DNA from: an uncultured Ruficoccus sp.
GTDB lineage: Bacteria > Verrucomicrobiota > Verrucomicrobiia > Opitutales > Cerasicoccaceae
Assembly: GCA_965140785.1 (NCBI GenBank)
Contig: OZ223475.1
Span: 96,001-160,000 of the forward strand
Direction of reading: 5' to 3'
DNA: 64,000 nt
Shown here: piece after piece, positions 17,223 through 27,892 of the stretch
How the letters are laid out: every line of letters begins with the position of its first letter
Position numbering within the stretch: position 1 is the first letter of the stretch
Position numbers and translations under genes: made by a program
The notes under the pieces: model-generated
Told to the model about the DNA's origin: nothing
Databases searched by the model: none
Seen by the model: the letters and a program-made list of their open reading frames with translations, nothing else

Positions 17223-20200
17223 ATGTTTTGGCGTCTTATACTCACACTATTTATTTCTGCTTCAGTTAGCTCGTCTATCTATGGTGAAAAAAACTCAGAT
17301 TTGTTTCCGTTGACGGTAACAGGTGGAGGAGTGGTTATCTCGGACGCCTGGAAGGAGGAGCACGAAATATCAGCGCCGACTGGTGGAATCAAAGTTGATT
17401 TGGTTAAGATTCAGGATCGGGGGTTGACAGCAACTATTGCCCCAGGAAAGTTGGAGCTAAGTGAGTCCGAAACATCTGGATTGGGTGAGACCCTTATCTC
17501 TGGAACAGTAGATTTTGAGAACGACGAATCTATCAATTTCAAGGGGAGGCTTGCAGCAGGCGAGGATGGAAATATTGAGCTTGAATATTCCGTTCGTGGC
17601 ATGCCGATTGATAATCTTCGACTCCGGTTCCGGTTTGATTCTAATTTTCCGGGAAGAAGCTTTTCCTACGATGGGCATGATGTTGTTATCCCTACTGCAG
17701 ATTCTGTAGGAAATAAGGTTTGGTTCCGTGGCGCCAATGGAGTCCAAACGGTTCGGATCCCATTGCTTGACGGGGTCTTGGTTATCGAAGACGAGGGGAC
17801 GCCTTTGTCGCTATCGCTGGATGTTCAGAAAGACGGTACGGCATCGTTACTCTTCAAAATGGTCAAGTCGGCTACAGATAGTCTCGACGGAGATCTTGCG
17901 CTTAATCTGCGCATCGAACCCTATGAGCAGTCGCCACTGGACATCCGTCGCGAAAGTAACATGGGTTTCTCTGATGCCGTTGCTGACGATGGTATCGGGG
18001 GATGGACCGATCAAGGGCCGAGCGGGGACTTGTCTATGTTACCGGTTGGACAGCGGTTTTTCGGGAACGTGATATTTGATGTTATCGACCCCCGGACTAA
18101 TGATGGGAAATCCTGCATGATGTTTGCGAACTCTCAGCGTAGTTATTTTCTCGATACGGTTGATGTTAAAGTCAATGATGGCGAGCACTACCGGTGGCTA
18201 TATTTACTAAATGCATCGGCGTGGACCCCTAGTGAGGATGGTGTGTCCGTTGGTTCGGTAACTGTGCACTATGCCGACGACACCTCAGAGAAGGTAGATA
18301 TTCGCTCCGGGCAAGATGTCGGAAACTGGTGGATTCCGAAGGATCAGAGTAACGCGGCGGTCGTGTGGCAGGAGGTGAATTCGGTGAAGGTTCCAGTTGG
18401 TCTTTATCTGAGCCGTATTGCGCTCAAGCCTGTACCTGTTGAGAGCATAACATTGGAGACGGCGGATAGTGCTGTTTGGGGCGTAGTGGGGATGACTGCA
18501 GTGAAGGAGGCGAATATCCCACTTCTGCCGGTAGAACCTGTGAATTCTGAAAAGTTCACGACGCAGGAGGATGCTGACTGGGTGAAATTTACTTACGCGA
18601 AGGATGTCGTGCCCGGAAGTGCACTGGATTTCTCATCATTACAGGACGCCCCGGCTGGTAAACACGGACGGGTCGTCGTACATGGCGGCCATTTTGTTTT
18701 TGCGGATCGGCCAGAGCAGCGTGTGCGCTTTAATGGAACAAATATCCACTCCAGAATCATAACTCAAATCTCGCATGCTCAGGCCGAACAGTTAGCGCAG
18801 CGTATCGCAGCACTTGGATATAACGCTGTTCGTCTTCATCTATATGATAAATATTTGGTTTCGGAGGGAGACTCTCCGTCCGTACTTGATCCTGTGGCGG
18901 CCGATAATATGGACTACTTAATTTACTGTTTGAAGCAGCAGGGCATTTATATTGTTACCGATATTTTTGGAAACCTTACTCATGGATTTTCGGGCAGGAA
19001 ATTTAATCATCATCTTGAGGTGAAGTTTTCTGCTCCTTTCCTCTCGGATGTGCGACAGGCGCTGAAAGATTACGCTCGTGCTCTGCTTACACACGTGAAT
19101 CCTTATACAGGGATGTCACTGAAGGATGACCCTGTTCTTGTTTCTATATCGCTTATCAATGAGGATGCGCTTCACACCCACTACACGGTGCGCGAGCTGA
19201 CAAAGTCGGCTGACCTGCAGAAGGCTTTTGAAGACTCCTTCAAACAGTGGTGCAAGAATGAGGGAAAAGAGTATCCAGATAAGCCTTTTAGCGATCAAAA
19301 GCTTCTGACCACTTTCCTTGTTGATAAGCAGCGGGAGATCTATGAGGACTTGGCTACCTACGTACGCTCGCTCGGGCTTGAAGCACCCTTATCGGATCTG
19401 AACCATCGACAATTATATGTGCAGACTCTGGTGCGTGACGATTTTGACTTCGTTGATATGCATAGTTATCATGATCACCCTGTGCACACTGGCGCGATGT
19501 TTGCCAGTAATCCCACCTATAGTTTGCAGGATGCCTTGACCGTTCTTCCAGATGTATTCCTGTTTGCGACAACACGTATCTTCGGGAAACCGTTCATGCT
19601 GACGGAGTGGAATTTCTGCTATCCCAATCCTTATCGCAGTGAATCGGGCGCAGTGATGGGGGCATACGCAGCTCTGCAAAACTGGGACGGGATTTTCCGC
19701 TTTAATTATGCTAGTCTGCCTCTTACTGCGTTTCATAATACTCATACATGGAGCTTCAACACCGCGAATGATCCGATGCAGTTGCTGTCTGATCGCATAG
19801 CCGCATTGCTTTATATGCGTGGCGACGTGGAAACGGCTGAGAGCAAAATATCTTTTGCAGTAACTCCCTCGATTCTTGAGGAGGACTTTGCATCTAATTA
19901 TATGACTTTCTCTCTGCGCGAAGATGCTATGTACCCAAAAGATTTCTCCGCGCTGGCAACCTATTGCCAGATCGGGACAAACGTTGTTACCGACGATGTT
20001 CACTCCTTGCCGGTAAATGCGACCTTAAGCTTCACGGACTTAAAAGCCAGAGAGGAGGGCTGGAACGGCACTTACATTTCCGCCCATGGTGATTTTCTAC
20101 TAGGGTTGGAGGATGACGGTGTCATTAGTGCCGCAGATGTGAATCCTGATATCTCGATGTTTACAAGTGAGACGGGACAGATATTTGTCGATGGTGAGCA

Positions 20201-20654
20201 GCACTCATTCATGGTACTGACGCCGCGCAGTGAAGTTCTCATCCAAGAAGGAAAGGAACAGTCAGGAGACGCTTTGACGGTTACAGATAATAGTGGGTTT
20301 TGTACTATTTTTGCCGGGAGCCTGGATGGACAAAATCTGCCCGACAGTGACCGAATTCTGGTGCTGCACTTGACTGATATTCGTAATAGTGGCGCCATTT
20401 TTACTAAAGAAGGAGACAGGACAATCATCGATAGCGAGAATCAGGGGAGATACCCTCTGCTTCTGCGCCGGGGGACAGCTCAGGTGTCATTAAAACTAAA
20501 TGAGCGGGAGGGGGAACCCACCGTTTGGGCTTTGCGCACAACAGGCGAGCGCATCGCAGAAGTTCCTTTTACCTATGAGGACGGATGGCTGAAATTTAAG
20601 GTTGCGACCGATCAGGGTGATTACCAGACGATGGCCTATGAAATTGAGTGGTAG
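17223..20654 (+). CDS. Secreted multidomain clan GH-A (GH5-like) glycoside hydrolase
   Basis: Signal peptide; GGWTDQG accessory domain; PAGKHG, RFNGTN, GYNAVRLH, INED (acid/base), DMHSYHDHP, LTEWN (nucleophile). Confidence 0.75.
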   Translation: MFWRLILTLFISASVSSSIYGEKNSDLFPLTVTGGGVVISDAWKEEHEISAPTGGIKVDLVKIQDRGLTATIAPGKLELSESETSGLGETLISGTVDFENDESINFKGRLAAGEDGNIELEYSVRGMPIDNLRLRFRFDSNFPGRSFSYDGHDVVIPTADSVGNKVWFRGANGVQTVRIPLLDGVLVIEDEGTPLSLSLDVQKDGTASLLFKMVKSATDSLDGDLALNLRIEPYEQSPLDIRRESNMGFSDAVADDGIGGWTDQGPSGDLSMLPVGQRFFGNVIFDVIDPRTNDGKSCMMFANSQRSYFLDTVDVKVNDGEHYRWLYLLNASAWTPSEDGVSVGSVTVHYADDTSEKVDIRSGQDVGNWWIPKDQSNAAVVWQEVNSVKVPVGLYLSRIALKPVPVESITLETADSAVWGVVGMTAVKEANIPLLPVEPVNSEKFTTQEDADWVKFTYAKDVVPGSALDFSSLQDAPAGKHGRVVVHGGHFVFADRPEQRVRFNGTNIHSRIITQISHAQAEQLAQRIAALGYNAVRLHLYDKYLVSEGDSPSVLDPVAADNMDYLIYCLKQQGIYIVTDIFGNLTHGFSGRKFNHHLEVKFSAPFLSDVRQALKDYARALLTHVNPYTGMSLKDDPVLVSISLINEDALHTHYTVRELTKSADLQKAFEDSFKQWCKNEGKEYPDKPFSDQKLLTTFLVDKQREIYEDLATYVRSLGLEAPLSDLNHRQLYVQTLVRDDFDFVDMHSYHDHPVHTGAMFASNPTYSLQDALTVLPDVFLFATTRIFGKPFMLTEWNFCYPNPYRSESGAVMGAYAALQNWDGIFRFNYASLPLTAFHNTHTWSFNTANDPMQLLSDRIAALLYMRGDVETAESKISFAVTPSILEEDFASNYMTFSLREDAMYPKDFSALATYCQIGTNVVTDDVHSLPVNATLSFTDLKAREEGWNGTYISAHGDFLLGLEDDGVISAADVNPDISMFTSETGQIFVDGEQHSFMVLTPRSEVLIQEGKEQSGDALTVTDNSGFCTIFAGSLDGQNLPDSDRILVLHLTDIRNSGAIFTKEGDRTIIDSENQGRYPLLLRRGTAQVSLKLNEREGEPTVWALRTTGERIAEVPFTYEDGWLKFKVATDQGDYQTMAYEIEW

Positions 20655-20685
20655 GCATTTTTTAAACCGATTATAGTGCGTACAA

Positions 20686-23600
20686 ATGAGACCTGAAGAC
20701 CCCATCAGGAAGAACACTAGACAATCGCCAGACAGAGGCGGGTTTGCCTTGATTGTCGCCCTCTCGTTGATGGCGTTTATCTTGCTGCTACTTTTGTCTC
20801 TGAGCACATTGGTTAATCTGGAAACACGTACTGCGACTGTACACAAGCAAACACTGGAGGCGCGTAATAATGCCCTTATGGGGCTGCGCGTGGCTCTGGG
20901 CGAGCTCCAAAAAACGGCGGGACCAGACCAGCGGGTGACGGCTCGTGCCGATATTCTTGGGCCGCCAGCAACTGATTGGATCGGGAATCGTCCGAATATT
21001 GAAAATCCGCAATGGACCGGTGTGTGGCGTCAGAATACGGCAAATGAGCCATCAGATGCTAATCCTAATCCAACTCCTGAGCCACAGTTGTTGACGTGGC
21101 TTGTCAGCGGAATGGATGGTAAGAGTGAGAACGAGCTGATGGACGAAGTTGAGAGCGATCTCAATCGAAACAGCACTACATTTGATTTCCACGCTTCCGG
21201 TTGTGCTCAGGTGTTAGTTCCCCACGATGGAGAAGGCGGAGTCGTGGTTCCGGTTGTTCGTGTGGGCGATGGTGGTTATGCCTATTGGATTGCCGATGAG
21301 GGAGTTAAGGCCAATGCTGCCCGCATTGACGATCTGCATGGCGAGACGAACACATCTTCTCATGGCTATGCTGTACGAGCCACAGTCGGCCAACGTTTCG
21401 GTATCGAAAATGTTGGTATGGCTCCAGGTGGATCGCGCTATGGAGACCTGTATCCAATCAATAATACGATGGCCGGGAATGTGTGTGTATTCAGCGAATT
21501 GAGTCTGCTTTCCGATGCCCCTAACGCTGCATCGGAGGCACTGAAAAACCATCGCCACGATTTGACCGTCTATTCGAAGGGGCTACTAACAGATGCTTGG
21601 AACGGCGGGTTTAAAGTGGATCTCAGCCGTGGGCTTGATGATGATCCTCTGACGGGCGACCTCTATACGGCTGCATCCCGGCCTGCATGGGACGATAAAC
21701 CGGTGCCACAGTGGGAACTGTTCCGTGATTTCTATTCTATGCCGTCGCAGGTGAGCGGGGGATCGATTTCTGTACGTACGCCCACGGACACGAGTGTGGG
21801 CACCTATCCGATTATCGTTCGTGCAAATCTATACTCGGGCATTTATCTGGAAGCTACGAAGTACGATGCTGCTGGTGACCCCGAGGAGTATCAGCTCTAC
21901 TTGTCGTTTTGGGTGGGGTTTTCGATGTGGAACCCCTATAATGTCTCGCTGAATGCGCAAAACTATGTGTTCTCTATCAATCCATTTGCTTACACGACGA
22001 ATTTGACATTGCCTAACGGGGATAACGTCAACATTACGATTCCCTACTCGGTGTCTGATGGAACGGGGACTTGGTCTACTCAGATTCGATTCGCCACCGC
22101 TGAGCCAGTTGGCTTCGCGCCGGGAGAGGTTAAGGTTTTTTCCACTCAGCCAGGTTCCGCTGCTTCATCTGCCCCTGGCTCTCCCTACATCGTGGATGCG
22201 AACGGAGACCAGTGGTACGCAGGGCTCTCAGACGAAGCCAAGTGTGTGCGTAGTGGCTATGATGAGGAGGAGATGATTCTCCTGAAAATCACCCGTGATG
22301 GAAACCCGGCAAGCTTTGATGGGATTTTGACCAAAGCGCAGATGACGTCTTCTGGTGGGGCTCCAAGGTTTACCATCCGGCAGCGGGGGGCTCCGAGTCT
22401 GATGGTGTATGATGCCAGTGGTCATTACATAAACTCTTTGGTTATGGGGTATGACGTTACGACGACAACGACGGCATATTTGGGTAATAATGGGGCGATT
22501 TCCTGTTCTGGAGGACCGATGGAAAGCCGTCGTGAGGGTACTTATCGCTTGCTGGCGGACTTAAATATCCGTGCAATCCCTGACTCCACTTTTAGTGAAT
22601 ATCAAGTGGGGCAGTCGCCAGCCATCATTGCCGCTGGTAGATCATGGGCAGGGTCAAGCGTAACGGCTAATTATCCTATAGCGACAAACGGGGCAGGAAA
22701 TGGCTACTGGGGACGCTCGGATGCTGCGAATGGCGGGCAGACGAGTGTCGTGATGTTTGATTTGCCGAAGGAGCCACTTTTATCTCTCGGACAGTTACAG
22801 CATCTGGATTTACGTCCTGGATGGTATCAGAACAATACCGCAGCGCGCGGGACAGTCTATAATCGTGAGGATAGCAATGTACCCAGTTTCCAGGTAGGAA
22901 ATTCGCGGGCCAATATGTGGACGGAAGTTGACCAACGGGATTTTGTCTATCGGATTAATGAGGCGCTATGGGACAGTTACTTCTTCTCCGGGATTCCTTC
23001 GGCGTACACTGATTGGGAGGACCCTCTGCCGAATCCGAGAATACAGGTGTGGGACTTTGATTCAGGTGTGGCTGACGATCTTGCCGATATCAATAGCCGT
23101 GATGCCGCTGCCTCAAAGCTTGTCATAGACGCGCCATTCAATGTCAACTCGACCTCGGTCGAAGCGTGGAAAGCACTCTTATCTTCAATGGGCGGTTTTA
23201 TCGATAGTCCCGACGATGCCGCAGAAACGCTTGACGCTCCTTTTGTCGGCATCTCATGGGAGCCGGGCATGGAAGGGTTGGAAAGCACGGAAATGGGGAC
23301 AGGTAATGTGGATCGCCTCTATAATGGATACCGCAGCCTAACGGAAGATGAGCTCCAGTCTCTGGCTGAACGTGTTGTCGAGGAGGTTAAGGTACGTGGT
23401 CCCTTTTTATCGCTTGCTCAGTTTGTGAACCGAACATTGGAGAATAAGGATACCCGATTGCCGGGCAATGGAGACATGAGTCTTAATTATGGCGAATGGG
23501 TTGGGGACCGGCATGATAGCCGTCTGAAAGGAACCCTCCAGGCTGCCAACGATGCAACAGACACTGACGATGATGGTGCCCCGGACATTAATGAGATTGT

Positions 23601-24150
23601 GCGTGTAGCCGATGCGGATACCCCGTATGGGGATGCGCCCGCACCCAGGAACTTCGGCAGTAGCGGGCTTCCCGCTGCACAAGGGGTAGTGGCGCCCGGT
23701 TCTTTTGGGCACGATCCGGCAGCCAACTCTTCGAGTGCAGACAGTCCTTTTCGTGCTAGCTCTAACCGCCCGACCGATGGTTTCAGCGGCCTGAACACGA
23801 ACTCAGATAATGTTGAGGATAATCCTTGGGTTGCAGGGTATGGATTGGCTTCAACAGACGCCCCTGGTTTTCTTTCGCAGATGGATATCCTGACTGCAAT
23901 TGCTCCCGTCATTACTGTGCGCTCTGATACCTTCGCAATACGCGCGTATGGAGAAATCAATAATCCTCTTACCGGGGAGATTGTCGCTCAGGCTTGTCTG
24001 GAGGCTGTTGTCCAGCGCTTGCCTGAGTATGTGGTTAGCTACGAGAACAGTCCGGACGAGTCGGGGAGCGATCTTAGTGATACGAACGCGCGGTTTGGTC
24101 GTCGCTTTGTGGTTGTTTCTTTTCGATGGCTGAATGATTCCTTACTCTAA
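20686..24150 (+). CDS. Verru_Chthon cassette protein A-like giant pseudopilin (PilX/GspK-like N-terminus)
   Basis: G|FALIVALSLMAFILLLLL class III-like leader; ALGELQKTAGPDQRVTARA, YAYWIADEGVKA, FNVNSTSVEAW, RGPFLSLAQFVNR and C-terminal RSDTFAIRAYG...FGRRF motifs. Confidence 0.75.
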   Translation: MRPEDPIRKNTRQSPDRGGFALIVALSLMAFILLLLLSLSTLVNLETRTATVHKQTLEARNNALMGLRVALGELQKTAGPDQRVTARADILGPPATDWIGNRPNIENPQWTGVWRQNTANEPSDANPNPTPEPQLLTWLVSGMDGKSENELMDEVESDLNRNSTTFDFHASGCAQVLVPHDGEGGVVVPVVRVGDGGYAYWIADEGVKANAARIDDLHGETNTSSHGYAVRATVGQRFGIENVGMAPGGSRYGDLYPINNTMAGNVCVFSELSLLSDAPNAASEALKNHRHDLTVYSKGLLTDAWNGGFKVDLSRGLDDDPLTGDLYTAASRPAWDDKPVPQWELFRDFYSMPSQVSGGSISVRTPTDTSVGTYPIIVRANLYSGIYLEATKYDAAGDPEEYQLYLSFWVGFSMWNPYNVSLNAQNYVFSINPFAYTTNLTLPNGDNVNITIPYSVSDGTGTWSTQIRFATAEPVGFAPGEVKVFSTQPGSAASSAPGSPYIVDANGDQWYAGLSDEAKCVRSGYDEEEMILLKITRDGNPASFDGILTKAQMTSSGGAPRFTIRQRGAPSLMVYDASGHYINSLVMGYDVTTTTTAYLGNNGAISCSGGPMESRREGTYRLLADLNIRAIPDSTFSEYQVGQSPAIIAAGRSWAGSSVTANYPIATNGAGNGYWGRSDAANGGQTSVVMFDLPKEPLLSLGQLQHLDLRPGWYQNNTAARGTVYNREDSNVPSFQVGNSRANMWTEVDQRDFVYRINEALWDSYFFSGIPSAYTDWEDPLPNPRIQVWDFDSGVADDLADINSRDAAASKLVIDAPFNVNSTSVEAWKALLSSMGGFIDSPDDAAETLDAPFVGISWEPGMEGLESTEMGTGNVDRLYNGYRSLTEDELQSLAERVVEEVKVRGPFLSLAQFVNRTLENKDTRLPGNGDMSLNYGEWVGDRHDSRLKGTLQAANDATDTDDDGAPDINEIVRVADADTPYGDAPAPRNFGSSGLPAAQGVVAPGSFGHDPAANSSSADSPFRASSNRPTDGFSGLNTNSDNVEDNPWVAGYGLASTDAPGFLSQMDILTAIAPVITVRSDTFAIRAYGEINNPLTGEIVAQACLEAVVQRLPEYVVSYENSPDESGSDLSDTNARFGRRFVVVSFRWLNDSLL

Positions 24151-24911
24151 TGCGAACTATTCATATACATTTATTGTTCTTCCTTTCCCTGTGTCTTATG
24201 GGAACATATACGCAAGACGTTTCTGCACAAGTGCGACAGGAACGCTCTCTGGCTTTTCGTACTTTAGGCTGGGGTGGGCCAGTATCTGATATCTTTTACA
24301 GACATGATGGAAATTATGTTCCTGTTGCTGTAATCGATAGTCAGTTCTCTGGTTATTATTCTGCGGAGAATTTCCCGATGCTTGATTTATATTTACGTAG
24401 GGTAGAAGAGGACGGAGAAACTGCTTATGTCCCATTTCAGAAGGTTCCTGTCCCCGCTGATGCAACTGAGATATTACTTGTTTTCACTCGTAATGATGAG
24501 GGTGAGGTCCGAGTTTTAGGTTACGATGAATCCTTTTCTAAATTCAGTGACAAAGGACTCCTGCTGTTGAATTTATCCCTTCAGCCTGTAGCAATACAAG
24601 TTGATGAAGATCAGCGTTTCGGGCTCAAGCCAGGAGCGTACCATCTCACTAATGAAAAAGACCGGCATGCAACGGTTCAGATGGCGGTTTTTAGAGATGA
24701 TGGTTGGAAGCTTGATTTCAAGACCAGGCTGCGCACACGACAGGGCAAGCGGTATCTGATTATCCTCCGGGAGTCGCCGGTGCCAGGCGTGGAAAAAATC
24801 GAACCAATCGTTGTTGCAGAAGACATTAATTTTTTGTCAATTATGCTTAAGAGCGCAGACAACTCAATAGGGACGGGCGCCCTTCCTGATGATGCGGTGA
24901 GCTATAGGTAA
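24150..24911 (+). CDS. Secreted hypothetical protein, partner of the pseudopilin-like gene
   Basis: 253 aa, signal peptide, TAATG stop/start overlap with the upstream gene. Confidence 0.7.
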   Translation: MRTIHIHLLFFLSLCLMGTYTQDVSAQVRQERSLAFRTLGWGGPVSDIFYRHDGNYVPVAVIDSQFSGYYSAENFPMLDLYLRRVEEDGETAYVPFQKVPVPADATEILLVFTRNDEGEVRVLGYDESFSKFSDKGLLLLNLSLQPVAIQVDEDQRFGLKPGAYHLTNEKDRHATVQMAVFRDDGWKLDFKTRLRTRQGKRYLIILRESPVPGVEKIEPIVVAEDINFLSIMLKSADNSIGTGALPDDAVSYR

Positions 24912-25070
24912 TGAGAGTGCTTAAGAAAGTGCGTTAAGGGGTGATTGTGGGATTTTTTAGCTCAAAAACCATTAAAAGGGCTATTTGGATTGGCGCAGTA
25001 GCATCTCTTTGTGGATAAGGCAATTATCGTAATATAGCTTACTTGGTGAGGTTATTGTTGATTTAGTAGC

Positions 25071-25105
25071 TTGACAATTCCATTTAAATAATATCTTCTG
25101 AAAGA
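25071..25105 (+). promoter_or_regulatory. Promoter (-35 TTGACA) with LacI-type operator ATATCTTCTGAAAGA
   Basis: TTGACA at 25071-25076; 15-mer at 25091-25105 identical to 17054-17068. Confidence 0.7.
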
Positions 25106-25153
25106 ATAGAAAATATCTAAATCAACGCACGAAAAAAGTTAAAAAGCAAAACC

Positions 25154-25984
25154 ATGAAAAACCCTATATTCAAATACTCACTTGCTGCTGGTCTTTTGCT
25201 CAGTGCATGTACTCTATCGGCGCAAATTATAGCTAACGGCGATTTTGAAAGCTGGGGTGCCACGACTGGTACTCCTCCAGAAGGTCTGCCCACGTCCTGG
25301 GCAGGAAACAATGTTATCCAGAGCGAAGGTCTCGCCAGTGGATCGACTTATTCTGCGACTTTCCATAATTCAACACAGTTGTATCAGAATATTTCTGAGG
25401 CATCGGCGGGTGATGATTTTAAATTGGGATTCACATTTGCGATGATAGAGCCTCAGGTTGCGGCAACATCCTTCCGGACATTGGCAACAGTTTCTCTGCG
25501 CCAAAGAAATGCAAATGGTACGTTTGCGCAGCTGGACTGGATCAGCTTCCGGGTCGCTGACTATGGTAGTGGTAACTTGACGCTAAGCGTGCGGGATGGA
25601 GCAAACACACAGTGGGTAACTGTGACCAGTGACATTGATTACTCTACTTATGACAACGTGACGGGGGAATTCACAAGCCTTTCCTCGTATACTGTAGAAG
25701 CAGTGTATGATGCCAGCGAAAACACGTATGACATCTATTTTGGACTGGCAGGCAGCGAGCTCTCTCTTGTTTTCGACAATATCTCCTATTTTTATAATTC
25801 AACTACAGGTGGTGGTCTATCTCAGATGTACATGTATGCTAGCGGAAACGCAACGGATGCGCCATACCCATTTGCGATTGATGACGTTCAGGTCGAGTTG
25901 ATTCCTGAGCCGAGCCAATCGATCATCTACATCGGGTTACTTAGCATTCTCGCTCTGATCGGTTTTAAAAAGCATAAGAAGTAA
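25154..25984 (+). CDS. PEP-CTERM sorting domain protein
   Basis: Signal peptide; C-terminal IPEPSQS + hydrophobic helix + KKHKK. Confidence 0.9.
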   Translation: MKNPIFKYSLAAGLLLSACTLSAQIIANGDFESWGATTGTPPEGLPTSWAGNNVIQSEGLASGSTYSATFHNSTQLYQNISEASAGDDFKLGFTFAMIEPQVAATSFRTLATVSLRQRNANGTFAQLDWISFRVADYGSGNLTLSVRDGANTQWVTVTSDIDYSTYDNVTGEFTSLSSYTVEAVYDASENTYDIYFGLAGSELSLVFDNISYFYNSTTGGGLSQMYMYASGNATDAPYPFAIDDVQVELIPEPSQSIIYIGLLSILALIGFKKHKK

Positions 25985-26078
25985 CCGTAAGGCCGTACTT
26001 CTTGCGCTTGCTTGATAGCTGAGTGGTTCTCCACGCAGACCTGCACCCTGTTTTGAGTCGAGGTCTGTTCTTCTTAAT

Positions 26079-26150
26079 AATACGCATATACCGAGCAGGT
26101 TTAGTGCTAGTATTCTGAATATGAGTACAGCCTGCTCGGTCGTGTGTATT
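26079..26150. other. Long intergenic hairpin upstream of the MFS gene
   Basis: ACCGAGCAGG (26090-26099)/CCTGCTCGGT (26131-26140), outer AATACGCA/TGTGTATT, inner GTGCT/AGTAC; T-rich tail follows. Confidence 0.5.
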
Positions 26151-26197
26151 TATGTTTATATTTCTAGACTATAATTAGCCTAAATTATGGCTTTGTT

Positions 26198-27718
26198 ATG
26201 AATCCAAATCGTACCAATACGATACCCGATGACGAGCGTATCCCTTTCTTTCAAAAACTGGCATTTGCTACCGGTGTCAATATGGATTATTCCGTAACCG
26301 GTATGCTAAAAGGGGTGCTGTGGATGCCCGTCTTCAATATCGGTTTTGGAATTAGTCCGATCACTCTGGGGATTGTCATGATGATATTTCGTGGGTGGGA
26401 TGCCTTTACAGATCCGCTGATGGGGAATATCTCTGATAACACACACACGCGTTGGGGGCGTCGTCGTCCTTACATGTTTATCGGGGCATTCGCTACGGTT
26501 TTACTGTATCCTTTGTTTTGGTTCATGCCTATCGAGTGGTCTTCATCGGCCAAGTCGATCTACCTGACATTCTCGGGCATCCTCTTTTTTACAGCCTTTA
26601 CGTCCTGGTCGATGCCATACTACGGCATGCAGCTAGAGTTGACGCCCAACTATGATGAGCGTTCTCGTTTGACGGCATGGATGGCTTTTTTTACGAAGGC
26701 ATTTTACCTTGGGGCAGGGTGGTTGCTGCCGCTTGTTATGGTTGTCGGAGCCTTGGCTATCGGCCACCCGGAAGATAATGTTGGAAAAGGTGCTTTTTTT
26801 GCTGACTTTCTTGCGCCTCTGCAATCCTGGTTCTCCTCTTTTCCTGGAATCTCTCCTGACCTGCCGCCTATTGTCGCAGGGATTCGCATCGTATGCTGGT
26901 TGATTATGCTCATTTCGTTGTGCTTTGGTTTGCTTCCAGCGCTATTTACAAAGGAGCGCTACTACCAGTCTTTGACCAAGAAGCAGAAACGTGAGCCATT
27001 TTGGCAAAGTATTCGTGAGACGCTTTCGTGTAAGCCGCTGTGGATACTTATCGCGGCGTCATTTTTGTTATCATTCGGCTTACAGTCGATTAGCACTTTA
27101 GGCCAGTATGTGAACTTTTATTACGTCAATCATGGGGACTTGACGACAGGTGCCTTTATCGCGGGTTGGAAAAACACGGTAGCGGTTGCACTTGGTTTCT
27201 TATGCTTGCCCATTTTAGTGAAGCTGGGCGAGAGATTTGATAAGATTAATATCGCCCTGGCAGTACTGATTATAGCTACGCTCATGCATGCGATGGGGTA
27301 CTTCCTCATCACTCCTGATTATCCTTACCTTCAGATTGCGAATGGCGTTGTCGAAACCAGTGCGTTGGGCGCGTTTTATATGTTTCTTCCTTCAATGAAG
27401 GCTGACGTGTCTGATTACGATGAGTATATAACCGGCCGACGCCGAGAGGGTGCTATTAACGCTTTTTATTCTTGGTTCGTTAAAGTAGCAGGAACGATGG
27501 CAGTAGGGGTTGGGGGCGTCGTTTTGGAGCTGTCTGGCTTTGATGCTACGATTGGAGATCAGCCTCAGTCGGTTCTTAACCGTATGTTTATTATGTACTT
27601 GTGCATTCCCATTCTTATTTGGGTTAGCGCAATTGCTGTCCTGTGGCGCTTCCCTTTGAATCGAGAGCGTGCCAGACAGATCCGTTTGGAGCTCGAGCAA
27701 CGGCGAGGGAAAGCCTGA
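26198..27718 (+). CDS. MFS glycoside-pentoside-hexuronide (GPH) family sugar transporter
   Basis: WDAFTDPLMG.ISD.T.TRWGRRRP, ELTPNYDER and D..DYDE...G.RREG motifs; multiple TM helices. Confidence 0.92.
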   Translation: MNPNRTNTIPDDERIPFFQKLAFATGVNMDYSVTGMLKGVLWMPVFNIGFGISPITLGIVMMIFRGWDAFTDPLMGNISDNTHTRWGRRRPYMFIGAFATVLLYPLFWFMPIEWSSSAKSIYLTFSGILFFTAFTSWSMPYYGMQLELTPNYDERSRLTAWMAFFTKAFYLGAGWLLPLVMVVGALAIGHPEDNVGKGAFFADFLAPLQSWFSSFPGISPDLPPIVAGIRIVCWLIMLISLCFGLLPALFTKERYYQSLTKKQKREPFWQSIRETLSCKPLWILIAASFLLSFGLQSISTLGQYVNFYYVNHGDLTTGAFIAGWKNTVAVALGFLCLPILVKLGERFDKINIALAVLIIATLMHAMGYFLITPDYPYLQIANGVVETSALGAFYMFLPSMKADVSDYDEYITGRRREGAINAFYSWFVKVAGTMAVGVGGVVLELSGFDATIGDQPQSVLNRMFIMYLCIPILIWVSAIAVLWRFPLNRERARQIRLELEQRRGKA

Positions 27719-27892
27719 GGCAACTTGTTACTCGGGGCATTGGAGGATGATGAATCGTATGGTCAATGGAGCTCAATGCGGGTAGCTTTCGTTCACATCT
27801 TTTGGACATGCCAATTTTTCATCTTGTGGTCGCATTTGTACTTGTGGATTACCTTTAAATCGTTGGATAAAAATTTCATATAACAACTTATC

